Origin: Sphaerodactylus townsendi
Lineage: Eukaryota
Length of the DNA stretch: 64,000 nt
Assembly: GCF_021028975.2 (NCBI RefSeq)
Contig: NC_059428.1
Location: 47,678,001-47,742,000 of the forward strand
Direction of reading: 5' to 3'
Made by a program: the position numbers and the translations under genes
Notes under the pieces: model-generated
Databases searched by the model: none
Told to the model about the DNA's origin: nothing
Seen by the model: only the letters and a program-made list of their open reading frames with translations
Part shown: positions 36,585 to 48,900 of the stretch, piece by piece
Layout of the letters: every line of letters begins with the position of its first letter
Position numbering within the stretch: position 1 is the stretch's first letter

Positions 36585-36830
36585 AAGCCTATCCTGTCTG
36601 ATGATGATAATGATGATGTGATTTCCAGAGCAGCCTCAAAGATAGCCCTGCATAGAGTAAGTTAAAGTAGTCCAGTCTGGTGGTGACCATTGCATAGGTC
36701 GCTGTGACTAGCTTGCAGTGGGTGGCCGGGCCCAGATGGAGATGGGAAAAAGCCGACCTGTAGTGACCAGAGCCTCCAGTGAAAGGGAGAATCAAATTCA
36801 AGTTCCTGGCTGAGGCATATGGTGTCAACT
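36585..36830 (-). mobile_element. L2 LINE fragment
   Basis: YAMVTTRLDYFNLLYAGLSL motif. Confidence 0.6.
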
Positions 36831-37164
36831 ACACCCCATAGATATTCTCATATAACTAATTCACGAGTCTAGATCCCCAAATACTTTTCTAAACTCAGTA
36901 GTTAAAAGTATCTTTTTGGTTTTATGGAAACAGCTTCTGAAAAAGGTCCCCCCCCCCCCCCGCACTGTTCCATAATCTTATTAATAGCTGAGGGAATCTC
37001 AACTAGAACAAACAATTAGAGCAAAATGTGTGCATGTTGTTACCGTACTGACAAATTAAGAGCTCATCAGCTATAAACAAAAAATTACATGACAGTGAAA
37101 TGAAGATCTCATTGTCCTCATTCACTGTAGTTGAGTATCATGGCTGTATTTCTCTTCCTTGTAG

Positions 37165-37367
37165 GAGCCTTGCTCAGCTATTGTGGGCAGCGGGAAGAAA
37201 ATTGACAAATCCATAAAGAAAGGTTTATTTTGGCTGTTGCATATTATAGCTAAAGATTTTGATGCCTTAAATGAACGAATCCAGAAAGACACCACAGAGC
37301 AAAAAGGAGCTGAAGAACAAGAAAAACGAGAACGAGCTGAACGAGTGAGGAAGATAAGAGAAGAAAG
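37165..37367 (+). CDS. ARL13B: ARL13B coding exon 5 ([26 protein letters not shown]...[13 protein letters not shown]; G5 and start of coiled coil)
   Basis: 203 nt as in human; AG/GT flanks. Confidence 0.97.
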
Positions 37368-38628
37368 GTATTTTTTTCCCTTTTAGAAGAAGAGTCTATG
37401 TGAATGAATGATATTAAATTAATATTAAAAATGTTATGTGTTATGATGATGAAACCTGCTTAGATAAAAGCCATGTGGGATGAGGGCTATAATAAAAATG
37501 GTAAATAGGGTGAGACTGAACTAAAAAAAAACCCCTGACTGGATCCCTGTTCTATAAATTATCATAGTTTAACAATTCTAATGTGAGCTAAAAGACATAT
37601 TTCCTAATAGTTTGATACAGTTGTCTGTAACAACATACATTCCCCACATGACTTGTCATACATATTGGAAATAGCAACGTCTAATGGGCAAAGGTACTGA
37701 GAGGATGACTGAGCAGGAGGTGGGCAAGTAGGCAGCTAAAAAGGTTGTAAGGTTATTGTTCTCTATTTAGTGTCACTTCTTGTCTGTCCCTAGACTGATA
37801 ATCTCAGGTCTAATATCTTGCTAATTCTTGGAAGTTAGTGTGAGAGACTCTTCCTAGCTAGCAAGCATGCTATCTTTCTCCTCTTCCCTATCCTAAATGT
37901 AGTTCCCTAATAAAGATATTTCCTTTACCCTTTTAATCAGTGTGTGTTGCGTTATGTAATAAAATGCCAATGATACAGTTCTCTAAGTTGTGACCCAAGT
38001 AAACTATCATTATGGCTGTCTCCCCTCTGCATCACGGTTGTTATCCCCACTTTCCAAAGCAGTAGAAATTTGCATTTGAGGGGAGGGAAACAAATATGAA
38101 GGTTTAGTGAATGGAATCAGTCAGGAAATGGAATCAGGAATCAGTCAGGGAATGGAATCAGGCACCCCTGGCTAGATCCTAATAAGGTACTTCTGTCAGC
38201 CCACAACCTTTTCTAGCAAGCTCCACATCCTGATGATATTCTCTCTTCTGTCCAGATGCAGCCTACCAAAACCATTCCTTCACTCTCCATCCAGGCTGCC
38301 AAGGTGTGGCACAAATTCCAGTGACTTGAGTAATAGCTGACAAAAGCCATTGATCAGAACTCTATTGTCCAACATTCACGGTTGGCTATTCAAAACCTAG
38401 ACAGAGAGGGCTGTTTTGCGTAACTGAACAGCCTGCTTGCGGCATTATGGAGATTTGGATAAATAGGTATTGTAAGAGTGCACAGCGGGGAATAAGTAGT
38501 ATTATGGAATAATGAAGAATTGCGCCATACCCACATTCCCAAGATATGCACAGCTGTCTCTGGCTTCTGAGACTGCAGTAAATACCATGTTCATGTGTCA
38601 TAATCTAAATGTAACAAACTTGTGTCAA

Positions 38629-38690
38629 CTTGGAATCTTAGACAGAGAGTTCTCATAGCTTGGAATCTTAGACAGAGAGTGCTCATAGCT
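38629..38690. repeat. 30-bp tandem duplication
   Basis: CTTGGAATCTTAGACAGAGAGT(T/G)CTCATAG twice. Confidence 0.9.
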
Positions 38691-39561
38691 CAATCTAGTG
38701 CTGTGTTTGTGATCTTACAGGAAGGAATGTCTATTATTGAAGAAGCCTGCATAACTGACGTAATGTTATTGTGTGATTGAACTTGGAAATTAAGTGAACT
38801 TCAGACAGCTCAGTATAAATCTTTTAGTAGTCGTTGGTTGTTGGCCAGTAGGCTTTAGCTGGATAAACTATAGTAAAAGTAATAAATTAAATTTAACCTT
38901 TTCAGAAGTCAGAGTACCAGTGGTGGTTAAGCCAGCTATTGGTGGCAAAATCTTGGAGTTGGATTCAGATTCACAAACACGCTCTTAAGCTCATAATTAT
39001 TATTAGAAATTTTACCTTGCTCTGTTTTTTTTAATAAATCTTGTATACCAGCAAGTTCATTCACAGATCACCTGACATAAAAAATAAATCTAGAATGTAT
39101 CAATGTCAAAGACCTGTCACGGTCTTTGGGGTGGTAGCAACACTGAACCATGGATTCTAAACCAGAACTCCAAAACCAAAGCATATTTTTAAAAAAATTA
39201 TTAAAGAAAGATAGTAAAACATAAACTTAAAAACATAACAGTGAACACAAAATCAAGGTGCAATTCAGTAACACAAATAAAACAACAAAGCTAAAGCCTA
39301 CCTATCAGAAAAAAATACTTGCAGCTAAAAAGTACTAGATATCTTCAGTACATGTGCAAAGTTCAAATAGAATTGTCAGGCAGAGAGGAGGACACAGCAT
39401 AGAACATAGAAGCAAGTGCTAACACTGATAGAACTAATTTACGGTTTACTATGGCCATGACAGGTGATTATTGATTAACCAAGCAGGCCATACTCTGGTC
39501 AGAATGTTCTGAAGGATGAATGGACTTACCCCTTCCTTCTAAAATCAAACCTTTCCAGTTA

Positions 39562-39787
39562 CCGTATATACTTGAGTATAAGCCGACTTTTTCAGCACAT
39601 TTTAATTGCTGAAAAAAAAGAAGCTAAATAAACTGCACTAGAGAATATATATAGTAGTGTTAGATAGCTGAAGCTGAGGCTGCTGTGGGGATCTGGTAAG
39701 CATGTTGCTGCTTTTTTTCTAACTCAACAGAGAGCTGTAAAAACAAGCTATAAGGACAGCCTGCACAGCACTACAACTAGGTTGTGG

Positions 39788-39825
<38 letters not shown>

Positions 39826-40244
39826 AAAGAAACCGAGGCATTTCTCTTTTAAGGGTTATTGCATTCTAGATGAATGCAATTCTTCATACAGTAGTTTACT
39901 GCCCAATACTGATGCTGCTGAAGACAAAGACTTTTTGGGAGCAAAGTTTAAGCTGTCATGATTATGAATCCCAGAATTATTCTACATTTGGAGGAAAACA
40001 GTGGTTCATTTGTGTTCCTAGAGTGCTGAAAAGCTGCTCATCTCTAATGCAAACTCTGTTAAGTAACTCTTCTCATTTTGCTCCCAAATCTTCTGTTTTT
40101 TGCTCCTATTGAGTCAAGTTCGAAGGCTTATACTCAAGTCAATAAGCTTCCCAGGTTTTTTTGGTAAAATTAGGTGCCTCGGCTTATATTCGGGTTGGCT
40201 TATACGTGAGTATATACGGTACTCTGTAACTCGAGTATATACGG
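39562..40244. mobile_element. Tc1/mariner (pogo/Tigger-like) non-autonomous element with duplicated right TIR
   Basis: TA|CCGTATATACTTGAGTATAAG...GAGTATATACGG|TA ending at 40219 and again at 40244; (TG)n at ~39789-39822 inside. Confidence 0.85.
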
Positions 40245-41828
40245 TACTTTGACCAGTCCGAGTTGGTTGAAATTAACGTAGATGATTTCGTACCCTCTAA
40301 CAAGCATTACAACCTTGGGTAGTACACTCATTCCCAATTAATGACACTTGCTCTCTGAACCCTCTGAGATCATGAGAAACACGAAAGGATTTTTTCTAGG
40401 ATTTTTACAGACAAAATAGATTTTCTCTTGACAATCTAAATCAGAATTATTTATCATATCTACTTTCATTGGACATATGTGACATTTATCTGTAGTATAT
40501 ATTAATCCTATATCTTTTTAAGGTATTTGTAGAGAGTCTCAAACTCTCTATCATTGTATGGTACTCTAGTAAGATAACTCCACAACATGCAGTTTTTTCC
40601 TGGATGTTTTTGACCACTTTGTTTTCTCACAGTAGCATGTAAATTCTACTTCATCCCTCACTGTTGAAATGTAGGTTATTTATGCCACTTCATTTTTGCA
40701 CAGTGCATACCAAAACCCACCAGTGTATTTATCTACCGAGAGCCCAAAAAGGCTTCTTAGTCTTGACATTCTATACATGTTGTTTAGGGAAATTAGGTGA
40801 CAAAAAAATATTTCAATGTTTCCTTTCTCAGTCATTTCAATATCTCGCTTTCTCCCTCCCCTTCCATGGTTTCTTTAATTATTCCCTTTGTGGCAGGATA
40901 TTTTTTAAAAGTAAACAATGTGTCAGTGTGTGCATGGCACATAATCTTTTTCCTGCACTTCAACATGCAGTGATTATGAGGTTCCCATGTCCTTTCATCT
41001 CATCCCCCCAAATATTTATAAGGATTTTGTGGATGAGATAAAAAGGCTTGTGAGACTGATAATCACGGTTACCAGCTAATACTTTATTCATAAGTTTTGA
41101 AAATTTTAGTTTCTGTACCATCATTATAACTAACATGCCACAACTATCTTGTAGCTTGTGTCTCTCAAAGCAGTGCCTGGAAGACATGAATAAATATGGA
41201 TCTGGAAGTCACACAGGTTTCTTGCGTAGTGCATGTTTGGCTGTAAGAAGTTCAAGACAGATACCTCTCTGTTTTTCAGCCACGTTAAGGGATTGAAGAG
41301 AGAAGGCTGATGCAACAGGACAAATAAAACATCTAGCAAGAAGGCAGGGGAAGTGATGAAGATTGAGGCAGAGGGTTCTTAGAAATGGAAATGTTGGCTG
41401 TGACTATTATGGCTGTTGGCAGTATAAAGACAGCAGTATGAGACACTGCTGTTGAATATTCCTGGAATAATGTTATGCAAATAGAATAACAGCTGCTTTG
41501 TGTGACCCAATTTATTAAGGATTCCTGGACAAAGGCAGTGCTATCCTTCTTCCTCATTTGATATAGTGAATATGGTTTCATTTCTTTGCTTCCAAAGAAA
41601 AGTGAGTTTGTGGGCCCAAGGGCAGGGGATGAAGTCAGGGAGAAAAGGAGGATAGAACAGATCCATGCAGAGACAAAGTTGGGTTAAAAAAACAGGCCAC
41701 AACTGTATTGATTGCAACCACTGGAATATTGGGACAGCATAGGGCACAGATCCAGCCATCGGGTGACCCGCCTGTCAACCAATGGAAACTTTCAGTCCAC
41801 TTGCTGGGGTTAAAGATGAAGTGAAAGG

Positions 41829-42220
41829 TCACAGAATCTTAAGAGTTGGACAGGCCTATACAGGCCATCTAGTCTCCTGCTAAATGTAAGATCAGTCTAA
41901 AGCAGGGGTAGGAAACCTGCGGCTCTCCAGATGTTCAGGAACTACAATTCCCATCAGCCCCTGCCAGCATGGCCAATTGGCCATGCTGACAGAATTTGAC
42001 AGAATTCAGTTCCTAAACTATCTGAGAAGAAACTGCAGTCTAAGCAATTCTGACAGAACATTCAACCACAGCTTGAGGCAGTGACATTACCACACTTCCT
42101 AGGCAGCCGATTCCACTGCTGAACAGCTCTTACATTTTTTTTCTTGATATCCAGCCTGTAACTTTCCTCCTGTAATTTAAACCCATTGTTGCAAGTCCTT
42201 TCCTCTGAGACCAACAGGTT
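41829..42220 (-). mobile_element. CR1 LINE 3' end with a nested half-palindromic hAT MITE (41903-41990)
   Basis: CR1-type ACAGAATC...GGCCATCTAGTC...CTAGGCAGCCGATTCCACTGCTGAACAGCTCTTAC. MITE reads CAGGGGTAGGAAACCTGCGGCTCTCCAGATGTT...CAGCATGGCCAATTGGCCATGCTG. Confidence 0.7.
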
Positions 42221-42562
42221 GGTGCGGCAATTCTGTATGATGATGCTACAGGTTCCTTTGGCTTTAATTCATAATACTGTTATCAAACATTGTACCCGTG
42301 AAGTGGAACAGCTGCTACAGGCTGAGATGTGCTGACCAAGAGGAGCTGTGTTGCTTGCCCCTGTGGTAAGGCATCTGAGCACCACCCCAACCCCCAAAAG
42401 GTGTGTGTGTATATACATCCCAAGGTCAGCCCAGAGAACTCAAGTGTCTGAGCCTGGGTCCCCTGGTTACTGACTGGCAGCTGCCCTTTTTATGGGGCTG
42501 TGTTAGTACCTTTCCTTTGGAATCATACTGATTCAGTTTCTTTTTTTCTTTTTTTCAAAAAG

Positions 42563-42677
42563 GGAAAGGAAAGAGAGAGAAGAAGCTGAACGTGAAGGAA
42601 GGAGCCTATCGGATGAAACTGACTCTGAAATAGTAACTGACAACCCATTCCAGCCTATATCTGCTGTAATCACCGAG
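42563..42677 (+). CDS. ARL13B: ARL13B coding exon 6 (ERKEREEAEREGRSLSDETDSEIVTDNPFQPISAVITE)
   Basis: 115 nt, phase 2 to 0; conserved NPFQPI motif; strong polypyrimidine acceptor. Confidence 0.93.
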
Positions 42678-44238
42678 GTATCAGAATGTTTTGTTTTATT
42701 AACCAGGGATTACAGACTGATACTTCACTTTGTCTGGGTTCTGTCACAGAGTTTATGAAAACTATTCTTCATTCCCATTCGCTTACAGTAAGTAAAGCCT
42801 GTGAGGTAATTCTGATCAAAAGCTGGCCCTAATATTGGTAAGTAGCCATAATTAAACATCCCTTTAATCTGCAAAAAGTGATAGACAATGCAATCTTAAA
42901 CAGAACTATACCTCCTAAGCTCAGTGAAGTAAATTAGAAAAAAATTAATGAATCCATTATAGTATAAAATTATTTTAGACTAGGGCACAGTTGTTACTGA
43001 GAAGACATTAGCCTTTACTTCAACAGAGTTTGCGTCAATCTAAGTGCACTTCAAATTTCTGAGTTAATTTTCAGATATTGCCATTATCAAGCATAAGTAA
43101 CAGTACAGTGGTAGCTAACCTGCTTGGCATATAGTCCACTAGTGCAGACCAATTATGGCACATGTTATTATATGGTATATTTGAACACCTTTTTCTGCCC
43201 TGAGTACCTTAATATTATTTTATATATACTCTATTCTCATTGTGCTGGGGAATGGGTTGCAGCCCTAGTAGGAAAAGTAATCTTAAGAGGTATAGTTTGC
43301 ATATTGTATGGGTATGTCTCCTTTTCAGGAGTACTATATGTCTGCCTCTTATATCAGCGGTAGCAACTGTTTTACAGGTTGGCCTGTAGCATTGTCAGAA
43401 AATACAAAAATTGGATTTATTACATTTACTGAAATTACTTTTTTTGTTTTATAGATGCTTCATTTCCATCTATTTGCGCATTTGATATAAATAAACGAAG
43501 TACCAGTGAAACAAATCAACATTAATAGCAGACACCAGTTTCTTTGGAGCGTTATGGCTTCTACTCCTGTCCCCTTGCATAATTTTGTAATTCCCTAAAT
43601 CAAATGATTTAGGGTATTTCCCAACTTTAGTGTCTTTTGGTTCCTTGGCATAATATGCAGATGTGTTTTTTTTAAAAGTCACCTCCTAAATCAGTGCACG
43701 TGATTAAAGACTTAGTCTTCCTAGCATCAGACAACTTAAGTAATCTACACAATGATTTGTTTATGGGACCATCCAGTAATCTATATGTGTACATAAGGAT
43801 GAAATAAGGGTATTGACTATATTTGTACAGTTGAACTTTTAAATACCTGCTTCTTAAAACCAATTAAAATGTAAAGCTGTGTACAGCCATGCTTTCTTAA
43901 GAATATGATATAACTAATATTTGGGGCCAAAGTTGGGCATCTAGTGCATAGTAGGCTATGCTTAGGGTAAAGTTTCTATGTTTCCCACCATCATTATCTA
44001 TAATGCTTAGCAGCAATAATTAGTAATGCTGAGATTACATTAGGTTGGTGTAGAATAATTAGCCATGTAAATCTATAATAATGATCTGTAAATGCAACCT
44101 ATTGAATGTTTTAGGTGTGTAATATTATTTCAGTAAATCTTGTAGAGTATTTTCTATGGCTTTTTGTTGACATTTCTGCTGCTTTACTCTCTTGCACAAG
44201 TGTCTGTATTAAAATGTCCTCTTGCTGTGCTTTGTTAG

Positions 44239-44487
44239 AACGAAAAGAAAGTTGAAAAAGAAAAGAGGCAGAGGGAAGAGTGAGGTTGAGCCTTAGAAGC
44301 TTAAAACAGTCGGAACAAATGGAGACTGAGGGAGCACAGAGCGATTAAACGATGGAAAGCATTGTAGACTAGCAGTAGAAAGTTATAAAGCTGCCACCCT
44401 AACCCAACTTGGCTGCAACATAGAAGAAGATAGAGCCAGCCCAGCCTCAGAGATGTGATTCAGGATAGCTGCATGAGTCCAGAATAG
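44239..44487 (+). CDS. ARL13B: ARL13B coding exon 7, disrupted as given (stop at 44281 and several frameshifts)
   Basis: Acceptor TTGTTAG| and donor AG|GTGAGT are intact. NEKKVEKEK, EQMETEG and VESYKAA match human NEGKLEREK, EQIETQG and VENYKEA but lie in three different frames. Confidence 0.8.
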
Positions 44488-44859
44488 GTGAGTTTTACAG
44501 ATGTAAATTCAGGCTTGATATACTAGCCATATTCTGCTTTTGTTTGCCACAAACTTCTCCCTCAGTTGCTCTGAAATTCACGTAAGGCTTGAGAAAAGGC
44601 AGGGTGTTGTTTTGTCTCTTGCCATTTCTTAGCTTCTACAAACTACCACATAAATGAGAGCTCAGGAATGGGAATGTGAAATTCTGACTTGTTTATCTAA
44701 CAACAAAGTTCAAGATATATTTTTAAAAAAACCTAAGGCTACAGTGTTATGCACACTTACTAATAAGCCCCACTGAACTTACTTCTGCATAAACATATAT
44801 GTATATAGGGTAGATAAGAGATTTTGTTCCTCTGGACTTGCTCTGCATGAAAAAAAAAG

Positions 44860-45440
44860 ATAATCTTTATGTTCATGTGGAGAACTAGAATTAGCATAGT
44901 AAATACAACATCAGATCACAACCAGATCAGCTTTTCACAAGTCGGTTGTAAGGATAAAATGGAAAGAGAGCCACATATACATTGTGGGCACTGGGGAGAC
45001 AAGAAGGATAATAAAGGGAGGCTGCTTGGCAATATTTGGGATGTCTATAATGTGAAATTAGAATGGTGTTGTAAAGTGAGTTAAGACCACGGGGGAGGAT
45101 ACTTATGGGCTTAGTCTTGCTGTTTGAAAAGCAGGTTAATGGGATGCACAAAACTGTCATCTTCCAGCTGCATCTTGTTCGCCAGCTCTGGCCTTTATAT
45201 AATTCAACTGACCTGTGGAATTGCCTAATCCATGCTTTTTTTGTAGCTGCATATTTGGGCTACTGTAGTATGGTCTATGTTGGCTGCTGTTAAATACAAT
45301 CCAGTAATTGCAACTGAATCAGAATGCAACAGCCTGTTTGTTAGGTAATACATCTGCTTATTCTAGAGTAGCATCATTGGATGCCAGTTTATCTACAGAT
45401 TCAATTCATGATGCTGGCTATAAGTGTTAAAGTTCTTTGT
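44860..45440 (+). mobile_element. Decayed L2 LINE fragment
   Basis: Remnants of the L2 RT end (LHLVRQL.P, LIHAF...LGYCSMVYVG, QLNQNATACLL). Confidence 0.55.
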
Positions 45441-45944
45441 AATTGTAATTTAAAGTCTTTGTAGTAGTGTGTGTGATTTTAGGCTGAGGAGGCTGGTGGG
45501 AGAGAAAAGATGGGGTGGGGATGGGAAAGCAATATGATTGTTTGATTCTAGAGTGTATGTGTGGGAGGACTGTGCTAAACTGGCAGGAGGTGAAAGGACT
45601 GGGAGTATCAGAGAGAGTTAAAGCTGAGTGTGAGCATGGCAGTGTGTGTTAGGGTTTCTGTGTGAGAAGTCATTGGCCCATTCCGTATGGACCCTGCATG
45701 GCTTGGGTGCACCTTTCTTGTGGTGCACCCCAGAGACTGTTGCGGTGCCCTGCGAACAGCCCCAGTGCCCCAGCGGAATCCCATCCTAATTTCCCATGGA
45801 CCACATAGGCCATCCACTGTGCCTTATAAGCTCATACACACTACCAGAAGGCAGTAAAGGAGAGGGTTTTTTTAATTTATAATCCTGGTGGCAGCTACTA
45901 TATGAGGAATAATTGCGTTGAAGTAGCTAATAACCCTCCTTGAA

Positions 45945-48900
45945 ATAAATGTGGTACAGCATCGCTGTGTGTGGTAAAATTATTTTATTAACAAATTGGT
46001 TCAAGGTGAAAACAGCGTAAGGCACAACGCAGGGGTCTGATCTTATGATCTGTGAGCTGGAACATACAGTGCATACGATGCCTAAATTCTCTTACCACAT
46101 GCGATGAAAAATTATCACCGCGAACAGCTGTGAGATTCCCAGATAGGCGGTTGCCCTTTATGAGGAGCTCTTTGCTGCCAGGTCATAAATACATAAGCCC
46201 GTCTGGGCAGGAGTTACCTGGCTTGCTACAACCCAAACCTCATAATGGGGGTTCACATAAGCACTTGCCGCTGTCCCTGGCGATCCAGTCCCCAATATAA
46301 AACGTAGCCTACAACAAGTAGGCATGCGGCTAACAAAATGTCCAAAGTATAGGGAGAATTGGGTGGACAAGTGTTTCTAGCAAAATGGGGAGGTTTAGGC
46401 CAGGACCAAAGCTAAAATGTGCCTGTTCCCTCTCGGTGACGTCCAGAGCCGCAGTGTACAGCTCCTAGGCTTTGTCCCTACCAGAAGCCAGAAACCTCAT
46501 GAGCTGTTGGGGCTTCGCTGAGGAGGCAATAGAGGAAGGCGGCAACCACCTAAGGAGAGCTGTCCCTTCCCGCTATGTATAATGGCGGCAGCGTTAGTGC
46601 TTTGCTGAACAGGAGAAATGCTCGCCTCAGCAGAAGCCAAATGGCGAAATACAACATGCTTTGTGTGTGGTAAAATTATTTTTATTAACAAAATTGGTTC
46701 AAGGTGAAAACAAAGCGTAAAGAGCATGGCATAGAGTCTGATCTTGCAGTCTGTGAGCTGGGCAGCAGATAACATCCCCCAGTCACCTAAAATTTTCACT
46801 CAACTTAGCCTGCCGTTGAAGAATTATCTGCATAGAGCAGCTGAGATTCCAGATGGGGATTGCCACTTCCTGAACTCTTTGCTGCCGAATTCTGCGCCAA
46901 GCCATAGAAATACGTCTGGGCAGGGTTGCCCTTGGCTTGCTACAACCCAAACCTCATAATGAGGTTCATAAAGCCGGAGCATTTTGCCGGCATACTAAGC
47001 AAAGATCAGTCCCCATCGCCAAACCGCCAAAAGGCTGAAACAGCTCATGGCATACCTACACGGGCAATCCACACAAATGCATTTCGTGCCTGTGCAGCCA
47101 ACAGTCCCATACTGGGAAGACAAGTGTACCCGATGCGTCCCTATAAAGGGGCCAACGTGTGCGAAATTCCCAATTAGACTCGTGGCCCCCATTGCCTGAA
47201 CAAAGCAGAAACCCGTAGCGACAGGTGTTGATTCTGGCCAAGTCCACACCTGTTGAGACACTTTGCCGGCAGCGTCTCTCAGCAGCTTGGACCAAAAGAT
47301 CCTAAGGTCCCAGGCATCTTGAAAATCGTTAAAATCTTCCCAGCATCTTGTGAAGTAGTGTCGGCTTGAAGCAGGTAAGTCATTTTAAAGCGAGATGAAT
47401 GATGAAGAACATCTGGAGCTCCCAAGCGATCCACCTTGTTCAAACATGGAGGCAGAAGGGCTTCCCAAGCGCATACCTCTGACACGAACCAGGCTGCCTG
47501 TTTCCATAGAGCCAGTTCCATCCCAGCCGGAGGATGCCCGTGATAGCGGTGCCATTCGCCATGGGTGCAGAGCGAGAGACAGAAAAGTCCTGCGAGTCGT
47601 GAAGGACCTGATGTAGGTCTTGTATCTGCGGAGGAGCGCCACCTGCCCAATGACTGGATGGCTTGGCAGGCCCCTGGCCAGCCTAAAGGCAGCGGCCCGG
47701 TGGATGCTGCCCCAGTCACCAGATGAATGAGGCCAAAAGGACCTGTGATTCACAGTACTAGGGCCACTAATCGCTTCAAGACTCCACAGTTCTGGAAGAA
47801 GTCAGGGGTTACTTATTTACGTGAACAATGCGGAATTATCATTGGAATCTGGATAAGGCATCAGCAATGTTGTTGTCCACTCCCGGCACATGCCTAGCTA
47901 GAAAAAGAGATGTTGTTAAGCAAACAGGGTAGCCACAAACCTCGCACCAAGCATGACCGCTGGAAGCGGAGAGTTGTTTGTTGATTACCGGACCCTGCTG
48001 TCACCTTGCTGAAAGAACATGGATTCACCTAAACCCGTGCTCACCAAAGAACCGGCCACTAGATGGGAAAGGGCCGAAAGTTCGAAATCTCTCAAGATTC
48101 CAGTAGCTTCCCATTCCACTGGCCGTAACAGGCACGCAGCGACCCTCGAAAGACCCAAAACCCAAACACCAGAGGAATCAGACTGACTGAACACATTTGA
48201 AGCGTGCATCAAGGGGATTGCATAAAGTGTGATTAAAATGCTTCTCCACCCCAGATAGCCAAATGCAATGCCTTTGGTCAGCGGATATAATGATGGGGCC
48301 TTAACCCCTTCGCCAAGCCTGAACAGCCGTGCGAAATGAAGCCCGGTGGCCACCACCCGATAGACTGAACCGCCGGACCTGCATCTCCTTAAGGGTGCAT
48401 TGCTGCGCTGTAAAAAATCCTGCAATAGAGCAAGCATCTTGTCCTTGTCTGAGGGCAAGCTGGAAGAACCCCTCCACAGGTGTCCAGTGTGACACCTAAA
48501 ATACCCATGAAGGCGGGGCGCCTGCTCGTTTGCCAAAGTGTCACCCAGCTCTGCGCCCGGCCATGTAGAGCCCTCAGCCTGTCCCGCATTCAGAGGTGTG
48601 CGGCCTATGATTAAAACTTCGTCCAAGTAGTGCGTTAGCATGTGAGGGAGAGGAGGCCCGGCCTTTGGCGGCCCATTGATGTGAATGTGCCGAAGCGTCG
48701 AAAGCCGCACAAGCCACAGAGCAGCCCTTCGGCATGGATTTATCCACGAACCGACTAGCCCTGAGAGCACCCCAAAACCCAGCAAACAAAAGTCATTGGG
48801 ATGAATGGGCAGCAGAGCGGACTGAATGTCACACTTAGCCATCAGGGCCAGGGCCACATGAGCGGATGAGGAGCTACGAAGCAGTCTAAAAGCGTACTTG

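Noticed and set aside
39116-40432. Possible solo LTR (TGTCAC...TGACA) hosting the mariner MITE
   Set aside because: No matching TSD or partner LTR visible; cannot be supported by eye.
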